A stretch of DNA of 64,000 nt from an uncultured Cytophaga sp. (lineage in GTDB: Bacteria; Bacteroidota; Bacteroidia; Cytophagales; Cytophagaceae): contig NZ_CALMGQ010000136.1 in assembly GCF_937863595.1 (NCBI RefSeq), positions 1,894-65,893 of the forward strand. Direction: 5' to 3'. Positions 9,751-19,561 of this stretch are shown one piece after another (the first letter of the stretch is position 1; every line of letters starts with the position of its first letter). The notes below the pieces were generated by a model. That model saw only the letters and a program-made list of their open reading frames with translations, ran no database searches and was not told where the DNA came from. The translations under genes and the position numbers were made by a program.

Positions 9751-10458
9751 TTATTCCGAAACAGAAAGGGAGGCTGTTGCCTTCGCTTTATACTTCTTAG
9801 CATCCGTTACGTCTTGAGACTGAGGAAAATCTTTAATGATCTTATCATATGCAGCAGCTGCAGCTTTCCAATCACTTTTCAATTCATACGCCAAACCTAA
9901 TTTCATTAAATAAGCAGGTGTAATTTGCTCGTTCGGCTTATATTCAGATGCTTTTTTGTAATACGTAGCTGCATTGTCATTATCTTCCAATTCTGAATAT
10001 GCATCACCCATTAAACACCAAGCACGTGCTTGTAAAATTCCTTCGTTGGAATCAAATTTCCCTAGGTAATCAATTGCTTCTTGAAACTTAGCTTGTTTCA
10101 AATAAATAACTCCTGTATAAAATGCAGCAAGGTTGCCCGCTTTTGTCCCAGAATATTCATCGGCAATTTCTTGTAAGCCTTTAACTTCTTTTGCAGGAAT
10201 TCCTTTCAAAGCCATTTCTAATGAATCTTGTTCAAAGAAGAATACTGCTTGATACATCTCGGTTTGTGCAACCGCATTATTTTCAGATTGATTGTATTTA
10301 TAAAATGTAAATGCGCCAACTAAGGCAACAAGCGCAACAATACCAATAAGTACAGGCTTTTTGTATTTTTCAACTAATTCTTCAGCAGACATGTTTGTTT
10401 TTTTAGCAAGTGCAGGTTGTGCTTTTTTAGGAGCACTTTTTTCGGTTATTTCAGCCAT
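9751..10458 (-). CDS. Membrane-anchored tetratricopeptide-repeat protein
   Basis: 235 aa with one N-terminal TM helix (PVLIGIVALVALVGAFTFY) followed by TPR-like helical repeats. Confidence 0.6.
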   Translation of the reverse strand: MAEITEKSAPKKAQPALAKKTNMSAEELVEKYKKPVLIGIVALVALVGAFTFYKYNQSENNAVAQTEMYQAVFFFEQDSLEMALKGIPAKEVKGLQEIADEYSGTKAGNLAAFYTGVIYLKQAKFQEAIDYLGKFDSNEGILQARAWCLMGDAYSELEDNDNAATYYKKASEYKPNEQITPAYLMKLGLAYELKSDWKAAAAAYDKIIKDFPQSQDVTDAKKYKAKATASLSVSE

Positions 10459-10483
10459 TATAGTGTTTAAAAAGTAATCTGTT

Positions 10484-11587
10484 TTATTCTGTTATAAATG
10501 GATAGTCTGTTTGTGTATACACATCTGTATATGCTTCTGCAGCATCAGGATATGGAGACGATTCTGCAAACTTAACGGCTTCTTCAATTGTTGCTTTTAA
10601 TTGAGCATCAATTGCATCTAAATCTGCTTCCGTAGCGTATTTTTTAGAAAGTATTGTTTCACGTACTTGCTGAATCGGATCTTGATTTTTATACGAATCT
10701 AATTCTTCTTTTGTGCGGTATTTAGCCGGATCAGACATCGAGTGTCCTTTATATCTGTACGTTCTAAATTCTAACAATGTTGGTCCGCCACCGCTTCTTG
10801 CACGAGCAGCAGCGCGAGCTACTGATAAGTGTACTTCTTCTACACTCATTGCATCTACTGCTTCTGAAGGCATATCGTATGATTCGCCAATTTGATATAA
10901 TTCTGTAACGTTAGAAGTACGTTGCACAGAAGTGCCCATTGCGTACCCATTATTCTCGATTACAAATATAACTGGGATATTCCACAACATCGCTAAGTTA
11001 AATGTTTCGTGTAATGCACCTTGACGCACTGCACCATCGCCCATATAACAAATACATAAGTTGTCGGTACCTTTATACATTTCTGCAAAAGCCAATCCAG
11101 CACCCAATGGAATTTGTCCACCTACAATACCATGACCGCCTGCAAAATTCACTTCTTTATCAAAGATGTGCATCGATCCGCCTTTACCTTTAGAGGTGCC
11201 AGTTGCTTTGCCATACATCTCAGCCATTATTTTTTTAGGATCTGTTCCTAAAACCAATGGTTGACCATGATCTCTATATGTAGTGATGTAATGATCGCCT
11301 TTTTTTAACGCCGATACTGCACCTGCAGCACACGCTTCTTGACCAATATATAAGTGAAGAAAGCCTTTAATCTTTTGCTGACCGTAAAGCTGACCCGTTT
11401 TTTCTTCAAATTTTCTTATCAATTGCATTTTTTCATACCAGAAAAGGTATGTTTCTTTGGTAAATGCTCCTGTGGATTCTACCTTTGTTTTAGTGTTATC
11501 CTTCCCTTTTTCTTTAACACTTGCCATCTCTTCTTGTTTGTGCTGTTTAACAGTATACTTTGAAGAGCTAAAATAAATAAAATTCAT
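10484..11587 (-). CDS. pdhA: Pyruvate dehydrogenase (acetyl-transferring) E1 component, alpha subunit
   Basis: TPP-dependent E1-alpha pattern (YMGDGAVRQGALHE, IENNGYAMGT, YRYKGHSMSD). A start at 11587 would overlap the divergent recF start, so Met21 (11527) is more plausible. Confidence 0.85.
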   Translation of the reverse strand: MNFIYFSSSKYTVKQHKQEEMASVKEKGKDNTKTKVESTGAFTKETYLFWYEKMQLIRKFEEKTGQLYGQQKIKGFLHLYIGQEACAAGAVSALKKGDHYITTYRDHGQPLVLGTDPKKIMAEMYGKATGTSKGKGGSMHIFDKEVNFAGGHGIVGGQIPLGAGLAFAEMYKGTDNLCICYMGDGAVRQGALHETFNLAMLWNIPVIFVIENNGYAMGTSVQRTSNVTELYQIGESYDMPSEAVDAMSVEEVHLSVARAAARARSGGGPTLLEFRTYRYKGHSMSDPAKYRTKEELDSYKNQDPIQQVRETILSKKYATEADLDAIDAQLKATIEEAVKFAESSPYPDAAEAYTDVYTQTDYPFITE

Positions 11588-12707
11588 GTATATTGAAAAG
11601 ATAAGTCTGCTAAATTTTAAGAACTATTCCGAGTTGGAGCTGAGCTTCTCCAAGGAAATCAATCTATTGGCAGGTTTAAATGGTAGCGGGAAGACTAATT
11701 TATTGGATGCAATTTATTGTTTGTGTTTGACTAAGAGCTTCTTAGGAATGAATGATCAGCAAATGATCCATACCAATCAAGGGTATTTTTCGGCTTTAGG
11801 CTGGTTTAAAGAAAATTCAAAAGAATATAAGCTCCAGTACGATTTTGACGGAAAAAAGAAGAATTTCACCGTAGATAAAAAACCCTACCACAAACTTTCG
11901 GAACATATTGGCAAATTTCCCGCAATTGTTCTTACACCACACGATACAGATTTAATCCGAAATGGGTCAGAAGATCGAAGACGATTTTTTGATAGTTTAT
12001 TTTCACAAGCGGATCCCATTTATTTAGAAGCATTAATACGATATACACACTTTATAAAACAACGCAATGCCTTGTTGAAACTAGCTGCTGAAGGCCGTTT
12101 CATTGATCGTATTTTAATGGATGCATACGATCACAATCTAATGCAATCAGGCACTATCATCGCCCAAAAGCGTGCTTCTTACTTACAACGTTTATTGCCT
12201 ATTTTCCAGGAGTATTATTCACTTTTATCCCCAGAATACGAAAACACGCATATTGAGTATGAAACCAAGGTATTGGACCCTAATTTTGAAAAAATATATC
12301 AGGATTCATACTCAAAAGATTTAATACTTCAACGCACCAATAAAGGCGTACACAAAGATGATTTTAAGTTTATTATTAATTCTGAAGCAATCAAACAATA
12401 CGGTTCTCAGGGGCAGCAAAAAACCTTTGTTATCGCTTTAAAATTAGCCCAATACGAACTTTTAAAGGCATGTACGGGCCATGCACCGATTTTGTTAATG
12501 GATGATATTTTTGACAAATTAGATGACATACGTATAGAAAAACTCATTGCATTAGTCCAAAAGCATGTTCACGGTCAATTATTTATCTCTGATGCACGCC
12601 CAGATCGCTCTAGTATTTTTTTCAAGTCTAATTCGAAAGATTTTCGTATGTTTATAATAGATCAAGGTAGTATTTCTCTTAGTAATTTACCTTCTTCAAC
12701 TTCTTAA
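11586..12707 (+). CDS. recF: DNA replication and repair protein RecF
   Basis: 373 aa with Walker A GLNGSGKTNLLDAI, signature-like GSQGQQKT and Walker B LLMDDIFDKLD. Confidence 0.92.
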   Translation: MYIEKISLLNFKNYSELELSFSKEINLLAGLNGSGKTNLLDAIYCLCLTKSFLGMNDQQMIHTNQGYFSALGWFKENSKEYKLQYDFDGKKKNFTVDKKPYHKLSEHIGKFPAIVLTPHDTDLIRNGSEDRRRFFDSLFSQADPIYLEALIRYTHFIKQRNALLKLAAEGRFIDRILMDAYDHNLMQSGTIIAQKRASYLQRLLPIFQEYYSLLSPEYENTHIEYETKVLDPNFEKIYQDSYSKDLILQRTNKGVHKDDFKFIINSEAIKQYGSQGQQKTFVIALKLAQYELLKACTGHAPILLMDDIFDKLDDIRIEKLIALVQKHVHGQLFISDARPDRSSIFFKSNSKDFRMFIIDQGSISLSNLPSSTS

Positions 12708-12711
12708 GTAT

Positions 12712-13032
12712 ATGAACGAAAAATACGAAAAAGATTATTTTAAAAGAAAAAGAGACTCCTTAAGCATTGGTGATGCCATTGATCATTGGATGGACCAATT
12801 GCGTGTGCGCAACAAATACAAAGAAAGCTATATCATACAAAATTGGGAAAAGATCATGGGTGCTCCGATAGCTAAGAGAACCACCAATTTATATATCCGA
12901 AATAAAAAACTATATATTCATTTATCCTCAGCGCCCTTAAAAAGCGAACTAAATCAATCAAAACATAAGGTTGTTGAGTTACTTAATACAGCTGCAGGGG
13001 ATAAAGTAATTGAAGATGTCATATTCTTATAA
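12712..13032 (+). CDS. DUF721-like small protein
   Basis: 106 aa, 4 nt after recF. This position and size are typical of DUF721 proteins in Bacteroidota. Confidence 0.6.
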   Translation: MNEKYEKDYFKRKRDSLSIGDAIDHWMDQLRVRNKYKESYIIQNWEKIMGAPIAKRTTNLYIRNKKLYIHLSSAPLKSELNQSKHKVVELLNTAAGDKVIEDVIFL

Positions 13033-13048
13033 TTTATAATACAGCTAT

Positions 13049-16000
13049 ATGAACCGTAATAACCTATTTTTAGTTTTTTGCCTGTTTCTTCTATCCTTTT
13101 CTTCAAGCGCTCAATTCGCCCCAGAGAAAATGAAAGGGGGCCTATTTGTAGAAAACAAAGGCCAATGGGACAACAATGTATTGTATCGTTCTGAGATTCC
13201 TTCTGGGCAGTTATATATTGAAAAGAATCGATTTTTATTTAATTTTTATGATCAAGCGGCAATGGCTGGTCATCATGCACATGGCTCCGATGATGATTAC
13301 CATTCTTCGAGTCAAGAACGTGTCATCATAGATGATAAAGGAACCGAAAAAAGTTCCATACAGGCGCATGCATACGAAGTTGAGTTTATTGGTTGTTCTC
13401 CTATTTCATCCACCCAAGGAGTAGATCCAACAACTTATAACTACAATTATTTTAAAGGGAATGATAAAAGTAAGTGGGGGTCTAATGTTCACGCCTATTC
13501 TAAAACAATATTGAATGATATTTACCCAAAAACATCCTTAGTTTGTTTTGGACAAGAAACAGGATTTAAATATGAATTTCATTTGCAGCCTGGCGCAAAC
13601 GTTGCGTCCATACAATTAAAATATAATGGGATTGATAGTGTGTATTTGAAAAATGGTGAATTAATCATTGAAACCTCCATCAAAGATTTCTATGAACAAA
13701 AGCCTTTTGCTTATCAAGAAATAAATGGTAAAAACATTCAAGTAGCCTGTTCTTTTAGATTAACAAATAATGTGTTAAGTTTTGATTTTCCGAAAGGCTA
13801 CAATAAAAAATTCCCTTTAGTGATTGACCCACAATTAATTTTTTCTACCTACTCAGGTTCTACTGCTGATAACTGGGGTAATTCTGCAACCTATGATGAC
13901 GATGGCAATACATACATGGTTGGAATTACTTTCGATATGGGTTATCCCTCAACTGTTGGTTCCTACCAAATAAATTATAATGGTTACAAGGAAAGGGCGG
14001 CAAATGATACTATTTTTTATGTTCATAAACAGGATACTACATATTATATTGATTCTATTTCTATTATAAAAAATTATAAATTTGATCCCGATATTGCCAT
14101 TATGAAATTTGATCCTGTAGGCAATTTATTATATGCTACATATTTGGGGGGATCAGAAACAGATATGCCAAGCAGTTGTATTGTAAATAGTAAAAATGAA
14201 CTCGTTTTATTTGGTGTAACAAGTTCGGACGGTCTTGCAGATACAACTTCCCATAAACCAATTGCTTTCCCAACTACTACTGGTGCATATGATGAAATTT
14301 TCAATGGTGGAAAGTTTTCAATGCCTTTTGGAGAAAGTGATCCTATTTATTTTGATCATGGAAGTGATTTATTTGTCTGTGCTCTTAGTGAAAATGGAAA
14401 TGCTTTATCTTATTCTACATTTATTGGTGGTGATAGTCTAGATGGTTTAAGTCTGGAGTTTGATCCTGTAACTCGAAATTATGGAGATCAATTACGTGGA
14501 GAGATCTATTGTGACGAACTTGATAATGTATACATCGTTTCTAAAACGAATTCTGCAAACATCATAAATATGTCTGTTCCTGGATATGACAAAACATTTA
14601 ATGGAAAAATGGATGCGTATGTTTGCAAGATGTCGCCTGACTTAAGTACAATGATTTGGAATACGTTTGTTGGCGGAGATGATTACGATGCAGGATATTC
14701 TATACGAGTAGCGTCAGATAAAAGCGTTTACATCACAGGAGGGACAACCAGTAAAAATTTCCCTGGAGCTTCATCCGGGTTTAAAAAAACGATGATTGCG
14801 ACCGATATTACAGATGGTTTTATTGCGCACATAAGTAGCGATGGAACAACTCTATTAAATGCAACCTATGTTGGTACTGATTCATACGATCAATGTTTCT
14901 TTATTCAATTAGATGCTGCTGAAAATATATATGTCTTAGGTCAAACCCAAGGAGATTATCTTATGTCTCCTAATGTTTATGGTCAACTTTCAACCGGGCA
15001 ATTCATTCAGAAAATTAATCCCAATTTAAGTGTAGCATTATTATCAACAACTATTGGCAACGATGCCAATGCCATTTGTATAGTTCCAACTGCCTTTTTG
15101 GTTAATAATTGTGACAATTTATTAATTTCTGGTTGGGGAGGTAATATTAATAGTTACTCAGACAACTATCTTGGAGGCTATACACATAATTTACCTATTA
15201 CAGCAAATGCTCTATATAATAAAACCGATGGTTCTGATTTTTATTTAATGGTTTTAGAAAAGGAATTTAAGAGTTTATTGTATGCAACATACTACGGCGG
15301 CTTTGGAGAAGATGACCATGTTGATGGCGGAACAAGCAGGTTTGACAAAAATGGAATTGTATATCAATCTGTTTGTGCAAGCTGTAAGACAAGGAAATAT
15401 TCCACATCAAAATTTCCTGTTACAGATGGCTCGATAAAAGGAAGTACTAATTGCAATAATGCATGCTTCAAATACGACTTATCTAACTTGCGCGCAGATT
15501 TTACTTCAAGTCCTCCTAGGTGTGCAGGAGAAGCCGTAACATTTACAAATGCAAGTTTAGGAGGTGTTGCTTATGAATGGGATCTTGGAGACGGAACAAA
15601 AATAAATGGCCCTGGCCCTATTGTTCATTATTATAAAAAACCAGGTTCTTATATCGCAAAACTCATTGCAACAGATTTAACCACGTGTACTAGTAAAGAC
15701 ACCGCAGAGAAAATAATAACCATTCTTCCGTTACCTAGCATTGGTATTAATTTAACAGATACAACTATCTGCTTGGGCGACACCATAAAAATACTGAACT
15801 CGTGTATGCCAAATTATACCTATACATGGTCTCCATCAACTTCTATTACAGATCCTCAGGCATGTGATGCAGGTTTTTTTCCAACGAAAAAAAGCACCTA
15901 TTATTTAAATGTGGTAGATGAGAATGGTTGCAAATACAATGATACGCTAACGATACAGGTTGCAACGTTAGCCAAAGGTGTAAATTGGGAAAATATGACC

Positions 16001-16450
16001 TCTTGTAACGGCAAGCCTACTGTGCGTTTGAGCAATCCAAGCACAGGCCCGCTTAATTACTTTTGGACATTTGGTGATGGGTCTTCCTCAAAAGAAAACT
16101 CTCCAATTCATGAATACAATAAAGGAGGTTCTTACCCAATTGTATTAAATGTATACAATGATTTTTGTTCCGCAACAGAAGTTGGCGTGGTGAAAATCGA
16201 CGATGTTCTTATCCCAAATCTATTTACGCCAAATCAAGATGGTAAAAATGATTGTTTTGAAATTGTTGGACTATATCCAGGCTGGAAAGTTGAAGTATAC
16301 AACCCATGGAATAGCCTAGTATTTAAGGCTGATTCCTATAAAAATGAATTTTGTGGGGATGGTCTTTCAACAAGTGTATATTATTACTTAGTTTGCGCAC
16401 CTTATGGCGATTGCTGTAAGAGCTGGGTTCATATTATATCTGATAAATAA
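13049..16450 (+). CDS. Large secreted SBBP beta-propeller-repeat / PKD-domain protein with T9SS type-B C-terminal sorting domain
   Basis: 1133 aa with a signal peptide. Recurrent YATYLGG / YSTFIGGD / NTFVGGDDYD / YATYYGG repeats look SBBP-like. Two PKD-like segments are present (FTNASLGGVAYEWDLGDG, YFWTFGDGSS). The C-terminus IPNLFTPNQDGKNDCFEI...YYYLV matches the gliding-motility-associated (type B) CTD pattern. Confidence 0.8.
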   Translation: MNRNNLFLVFCLFLLSFSSSAQFAPEKMKGGLFVENKGQWDNNVLYRSEIPSGQLYIEKNRFLFNFYDQAAMAGHHAHGSDDDYHSSSQERVIIDDKGTEKSSIQAHAYEVEFIGCSPISSTQGVDPTTYNYNYFKGNDKSKWGSNVHAYSKTILNDIYPKTSLVCFGQETGFKYEFHLQPGANVASIQLKYNGIDSVYLKNGELIIETSIKDFYEQKPFAYQEINGKNIQVACSFRLTNNVLSFDFPKGYNKKFPLVIDPQLIFSTYSGSTADNWGNSATYDDDGNTYMVGITFDMGYPSTVGSYQINYNGYKERAANDTIFYVHKQDTTYYIDSISIIKNYKFDPDIAIMKFDPVGNLLYATYLGGSETDMPSSCIVNSKNELVLFGVTSSDGLADTTSHKPIAFPTTTGAYDEIFNGGKFSMPFGESDPIYFDHGSDLFVCALSENGNALSYSTFIGGDSLDGLSLEFDPVTRNYGDQLRGEIYCDELDNVYIVSKTNSANIINMSVPGYDKTFNGKMDAYVCKMSPDLSTMIWNTFVGGDDYDAGYSIRVASDKSVYITGGTTSKNFPGASSGFKKTMIATDITDGFIAHISSDGTTLLNATYVGTDSYDQCFFIQLDAAENIYVLGQTQGDYLMSPNVYGQLSTGQFIQKINPNLSVALLSTTIGNDANAICIVPTAFLVNNCDNLLISGWGGNINSYSDNYLGGYTHNLPITANALYNKTDGSDFYLMVLEKEFKSLLYATYYGGFGEDDHVDGGTSRFDKNGIVYQSVCASCKTRKYSTSKFPVTDGSIKGSTNCNNACFKYDLSNLRADFTSSPPRCAGEAVTFTNASLGGVAYEWDLGDGTKINGPGPIVHYYKKPGSYIAKLIATDLTTCTSKDTAEKIITILPLPSIGINLTDTTICLGDTIKILNSCMPNYTYTWSPSTSITDPQACDAGFFPTKKSTYYLNVVDENGCKYNDTLTIQVATLAKGVNWENMTSCNGKPTVRLSNPSTGPLNYFWTFGDGSSSKENSPIHEYNKGGSYPIVLNVYNDFCSATEVGVVKIDDVLIPNLFTPNQDGKNDCFEIVGLYPGWKVEVYNPWNSLVFKADSYKNEFCGDGLSTSVYYYLVCAPYGDCCKSWVHIISDK

Positions 16451-16995
16451 TGCGAATATTACTTTATACTAGTTTGTTTTTGTTTTGCTTTAATGTTCTT
16501 GCACAAGAAGATGGATTACTATCCCACACCTATGGGCAAACGATAACGTTTAAAGCTACTAACAAATGGAGCAAAACAACATCTCACATTGACAAAAAAA
16601 GAAATATACAAGTTTATAATTTCAGCCGCGAAGCAATCACCTCTGATTCTGGAGGCATCTATATAGCTACAAAATCGTGCTTGGTCGAAAAAATTATACC
16701 AACAACCATTAAAAATTATTCTCTAGCTTCTTTAGCTGCATTTAAAAAAAAGAAAGATTTTAAAATAGTTAAAACCATTACTTCTAGTGACGGGCTACTA
16801 AGGTTGCCCTATGCGATTGGTTACTGGGCATTCTATTTAGATGAAAAAGATGTAAAACATCGACTCATCATTATAAATGGCATCCATCCTGCAAGTAGAG
16901 GTTTACAGTTTTTTATCGACTGTCCGGAACCTATATTTTTACAATTAGAGGGAGAAATAACTGCAGAAATCCGATCTTTAAAGTTTTTGCAATAA
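16450..16995 (+). CDS. Hypothetical secreted protein
   Basis: 181 aa with a signal peptide (LFLFCFNVLAQ). Its start overlaps the upstream stop (TAATG), which suggests translational coupling. Confidence 0.55.
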   Translation: MRILLYTSLFLFCFNVLAQEDGLLSHTYGQTITFKATNKWSKTTSHIDKKRNIQVYNFSREAITSDSGGIYIATKSCLVEKIIPTTIKNYSLASLAAFKKKKDFKIVKTITSSDGLLRLPYAIGYWAFYLDEKDVKHRLIIINGIHPASRGLQFFIDCPEPIFLQLEGEITAEIRSLKFLQ

Positions 16996-17028
16996 AAAAA
17001 GCGGCACATTGGGAGTATGCCGCTTTTC
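16994..17028 (+). terminator. Intrinsic terminator
   Basis: AAAAGCGGCA (16997-17006) pairs with TGCCGCTTTT (17018-17027). Confidence 0.75.
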
Positions 17029-17169
17029 TACTAACAGGAATTTAAATTGGAATTTGTGTTATCTATTGTCTATTTATACCTCTAAGAATGGATAGGTAAC
17101 CGCAAATTGTAAACTTTCATTATAATTCCTTTTAAAATCATTTATAAAAACTATTGATTTAATAGTCAA

Positions 17170-18771
17170 TTACTTATAAAATGAGTATTGCCTAAATGCT
17201 TTTTTATTTGGCAAGATGTAGCCAATAATAATGTGGTTTTTAAAATCAATAACACGGATTAATTCAGGTTTGCTTTCTTTAAAGGTTTCAGTCTCAAAAT
17301 TACTTACCCGTTCGCGTAAGGTTATAGGAACGATACCAATTTGGTGTTTGTATGTAGTAGAGTCTAACATGCAGTGCACATACACAGTACGTATGGATGT
17401 TGAGGAGCTATTGTAAGGATAATACCCATTATAACCATTGTAGTAACCTGGAGAATCCCAGCCATAATTATTATATGGAGAGCCCCCATATCCATAGCCA
17501 CCCATGCCGCCGCCCATGCCCATGCCGTTCCCCATACCCATGCCCATATTTCCCATTCCCATGCCAACACCACCCATTCCCATGCCCATACCCATTCCCA
17601 TTCCCATAGAGATTGTTGGCCTGCCAGAGGATGGATTATTATAATTGTTATTCGTTACCATCTCTTCAAAACTTCCAATTTCTACAATGTAAGAACTGTC
17701 TTTAAGGTTCACTGCAATACTTAAATTACCTGCAAGTGCTTTTTTGAAAAAGGTAGCATTGTCATCAATGATTCTAGTATTGTCGCCGCTATTCTCTTGA
17801 ATAATGGGGCCGTTCTTAAAATCCATTGGCATGTGTGGAGTCGCATAATACGTTACATAACTTTGATTGCTCTCTATATCCATTGCAATTAAAGACATTT
17901 GTTCCATGCTCATCGTCACTCGAAACAAGGTATTCTTGTACAAAAAAGAGTTCCCTTGTTTTTTAAAAGAAGTATTTCCATAATCTAAGCTGTATGCAAA
18001 TTGCTTATAACGTGCTACGTTTGTTTCTAAATCTAATTTAACCACGTGAGAGAAATCGGCATCATCAAAAATCAAATATATGTTATTCTCAAAACTGTAA
18101 ATCTTCTTAGTAGCTCGTGCAGATTTTACATTGTTTTCAATGTCATAATTTATTGCATCGATACCAACAACGGTCGTTCTGTCTTCATTTAATAATTGAT
18201 TTCCTGAACTTAGCCTTTTATAAAAGTCTGGCATGTCAATTAAATAGGTATTTTTAACTAGTGCATGATTCTTGATTGCATACACATCTATTTGGTTTTT
18301 ATTTTGAGTTGCTGTGAGTATATAATATTCACCATTCAATAATACACATTTTAAAAATTTTTCTGAATAGGTGATTTGGCCTATAATCTTACTATTTAGG
18401 TTGCCTCCAGATCGGGCAACGTTGAATTGGGTAATTTGATTGGAACGTAGATTTAACGTATATATAGAACAGGTGTCTTTGTTTAATTCTATTCCTAAAT
18501 ACGTGTCCTTTTTTTGATTTGAAGGAATTGTAAAAATTGCTGTTCCTATTTTTTTATGGTTTGCATTATAAAAGACACATTCATACTGTGACTTCGTTTT
18601 AAATGCAACTACATAATTTTCAGTGGTGTCAACTGCAGAATAGATGCTTTCTGTAGAACGCACTACTAATTCTGTTTCGCCTTCCAAATTTTGAGCTACG
18701 CCCTGCTTGGTGCTTAAAAACCCAAGCAATAAAAGGCATATAAATACAAACTTTCTCATTATACTATCCAT
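17170..18771 (-). CDS. Hypothetical secreted protein with internal (Gly-Met)n and Gly/Tyr/Asn low-complexity insert
   Basis: 533 aa with a signal peptide (FVFICLLLLGFLSTKQGVAQ). The insert reads SMGMGMGMGMGMGGVGMGMGNMGMGMGNGMGMGGGMGGYGYGGSPYNNYGWDSPGYYNGYNGYYPYN and is flanked by ordinary beta-rich sequence. Confidence 0.7.
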   Translation of the reverse strand: MDSIMRKFVFICLLLLGFLSTKQGVAQNLEGETELVVRSTESIYSAVDTTENYVVAFKTKSQYECVFYNANHKKIGTAIFTIPSNQKKDTYLGIELNKDTCSIYTLNLRSNQITQFNVARSGGNLNSKIIGQITYSEKFLKCVLLNGEYYILTATQNKNQIDVYAIKNHALVKNTYLIDMPDFYKRLSSGNQLLNEDRTTVVGIDAINYDIENNVKSARATKKIYSFENNIYLIFDDADFSHVVKLDLETNVARYKQFAYSLDYGNTSFKKQGNSFLYKNTLFRVTMSMEQMSLIAMDIESNQSYVTYYATPHMPMDFKNGPIIQENSGDNTRIIDDNATFFKKALAGNLSIAVNLKDSSYIVEIGSFEEMVTNNNYNNPSSGRPTISMGMGMGMGMGMGGVGMGMGNMGMGMGNGMGMGGGMGGYGYGGSPYNNYGWDSPGYYNGYNGYYPYNSSSTSIRTVYVHCMLDSTTYKHQIGIVPITLRERVSNFETETFKESKPELIRVIDFKNHIIIGYILPNKKAFRQYSFYK

Positions 18772-18846
18772 AATTCATTTCAATTTTAACAAAAATAGTG
18801 CTTAAATGATTTCGCTTTTCTATCTTTATTCACTTATAACCAATGT

Positions 18847-19545
18847 ATGCAAGGCATCACTTTTAAAAAATATGTACTGATTGGCTTTGTAGCCCTTATA
18901 GTAAATATACTCCTTTTTATTTTTTGGTGGGTAGTTACCGACCCAAGTAATTATATCTGGAAAGCTATTCCTTCAATACGCATTCAATCCATCATTTCTG
19001 CTTGCAATAAACTTTTTTTGATTCGGTATTATATTTCTGTCGTTAGTATAAATATTGTTGGACTTGCGTTTGTCTTATTTGATGTAAAACGAATGCTGTC
19101 TCTTTGTATTATAGGCCTTGGGGTATTATTTTATATGTTAAGTAGTTATTTCTTTTCTCCTTTTATAGGAAAAAATTATTTTGAGATTTTCCTAAATCAA
19201 GAGGTAAGCAAGGGATTATATTTAGAGCCTGTTCAAGATGCAGGAAAATGCATTGGACCATTTCTATTCGATCATTTATCAAGTGAAAGTAGTTATACAA
19301 GAGAGCAAGCCGCCAGAGGCCTCGGGGTTTTATCGTATACTGCCGCAATTGATAAATTAAATCAGATACTAAATGATAGTTCCGAATCCACGAACATGCG
19401 TGCGGAATGTTATTTTTCATTAAAAAAAATGAATGTAAAAGAAAGCAAGTTGTTACTAGAAGGGTTTTCCATTCGCCAAACTACTTTAATTGATAGTAGC
19501 TTGGCAAACAAAATAAATTATTTAGAAGTGCACGATCCTTTTTAA
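18847..19545 (+). CDS. Hypothetical membrane protein with C-terminal HEAT-like repeat
   Basis: 232 aa with about 4 TM helices. The C-terminal REQAARGLGVLSYTAAIDKLNQILND... looks like a HEAT/PBS-lyase repeat. Confidence 0.5.
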   Translation: MQGITFKKYVLIGFVALIVNILLFIFWWVVTDPSNYIWKAIPSIRIQSIISACNKLFLIRYYISVVSINIVGLAFVLFDVKRMLSLCIIGLGVLFYMLSSYFFSPFIGKNYFEIFLNQEVSKGLYLEPVQDAGKCIGPFLFDHLSSESSYTREQAARGLGVLSYTAAIDKLNQILNDSSESTNMRAECYFSLKKMNVKESKLLLEGFSIRQTTLIDSSLANKINYLEVHDPF

Positions 19546-19561
19546 CAAAAAATCTTTTTTA

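Noticed and set aside
17364-17609. ORFs 17364..17573 (-) and 17397..17609 (+) with repetitive W/A or P/C/H-rich translations
   Set aside because: They are alternative-frame and antisense readings of the hexanucleotide repeat that encodes the Gly-Met module of the 533-aa protein.
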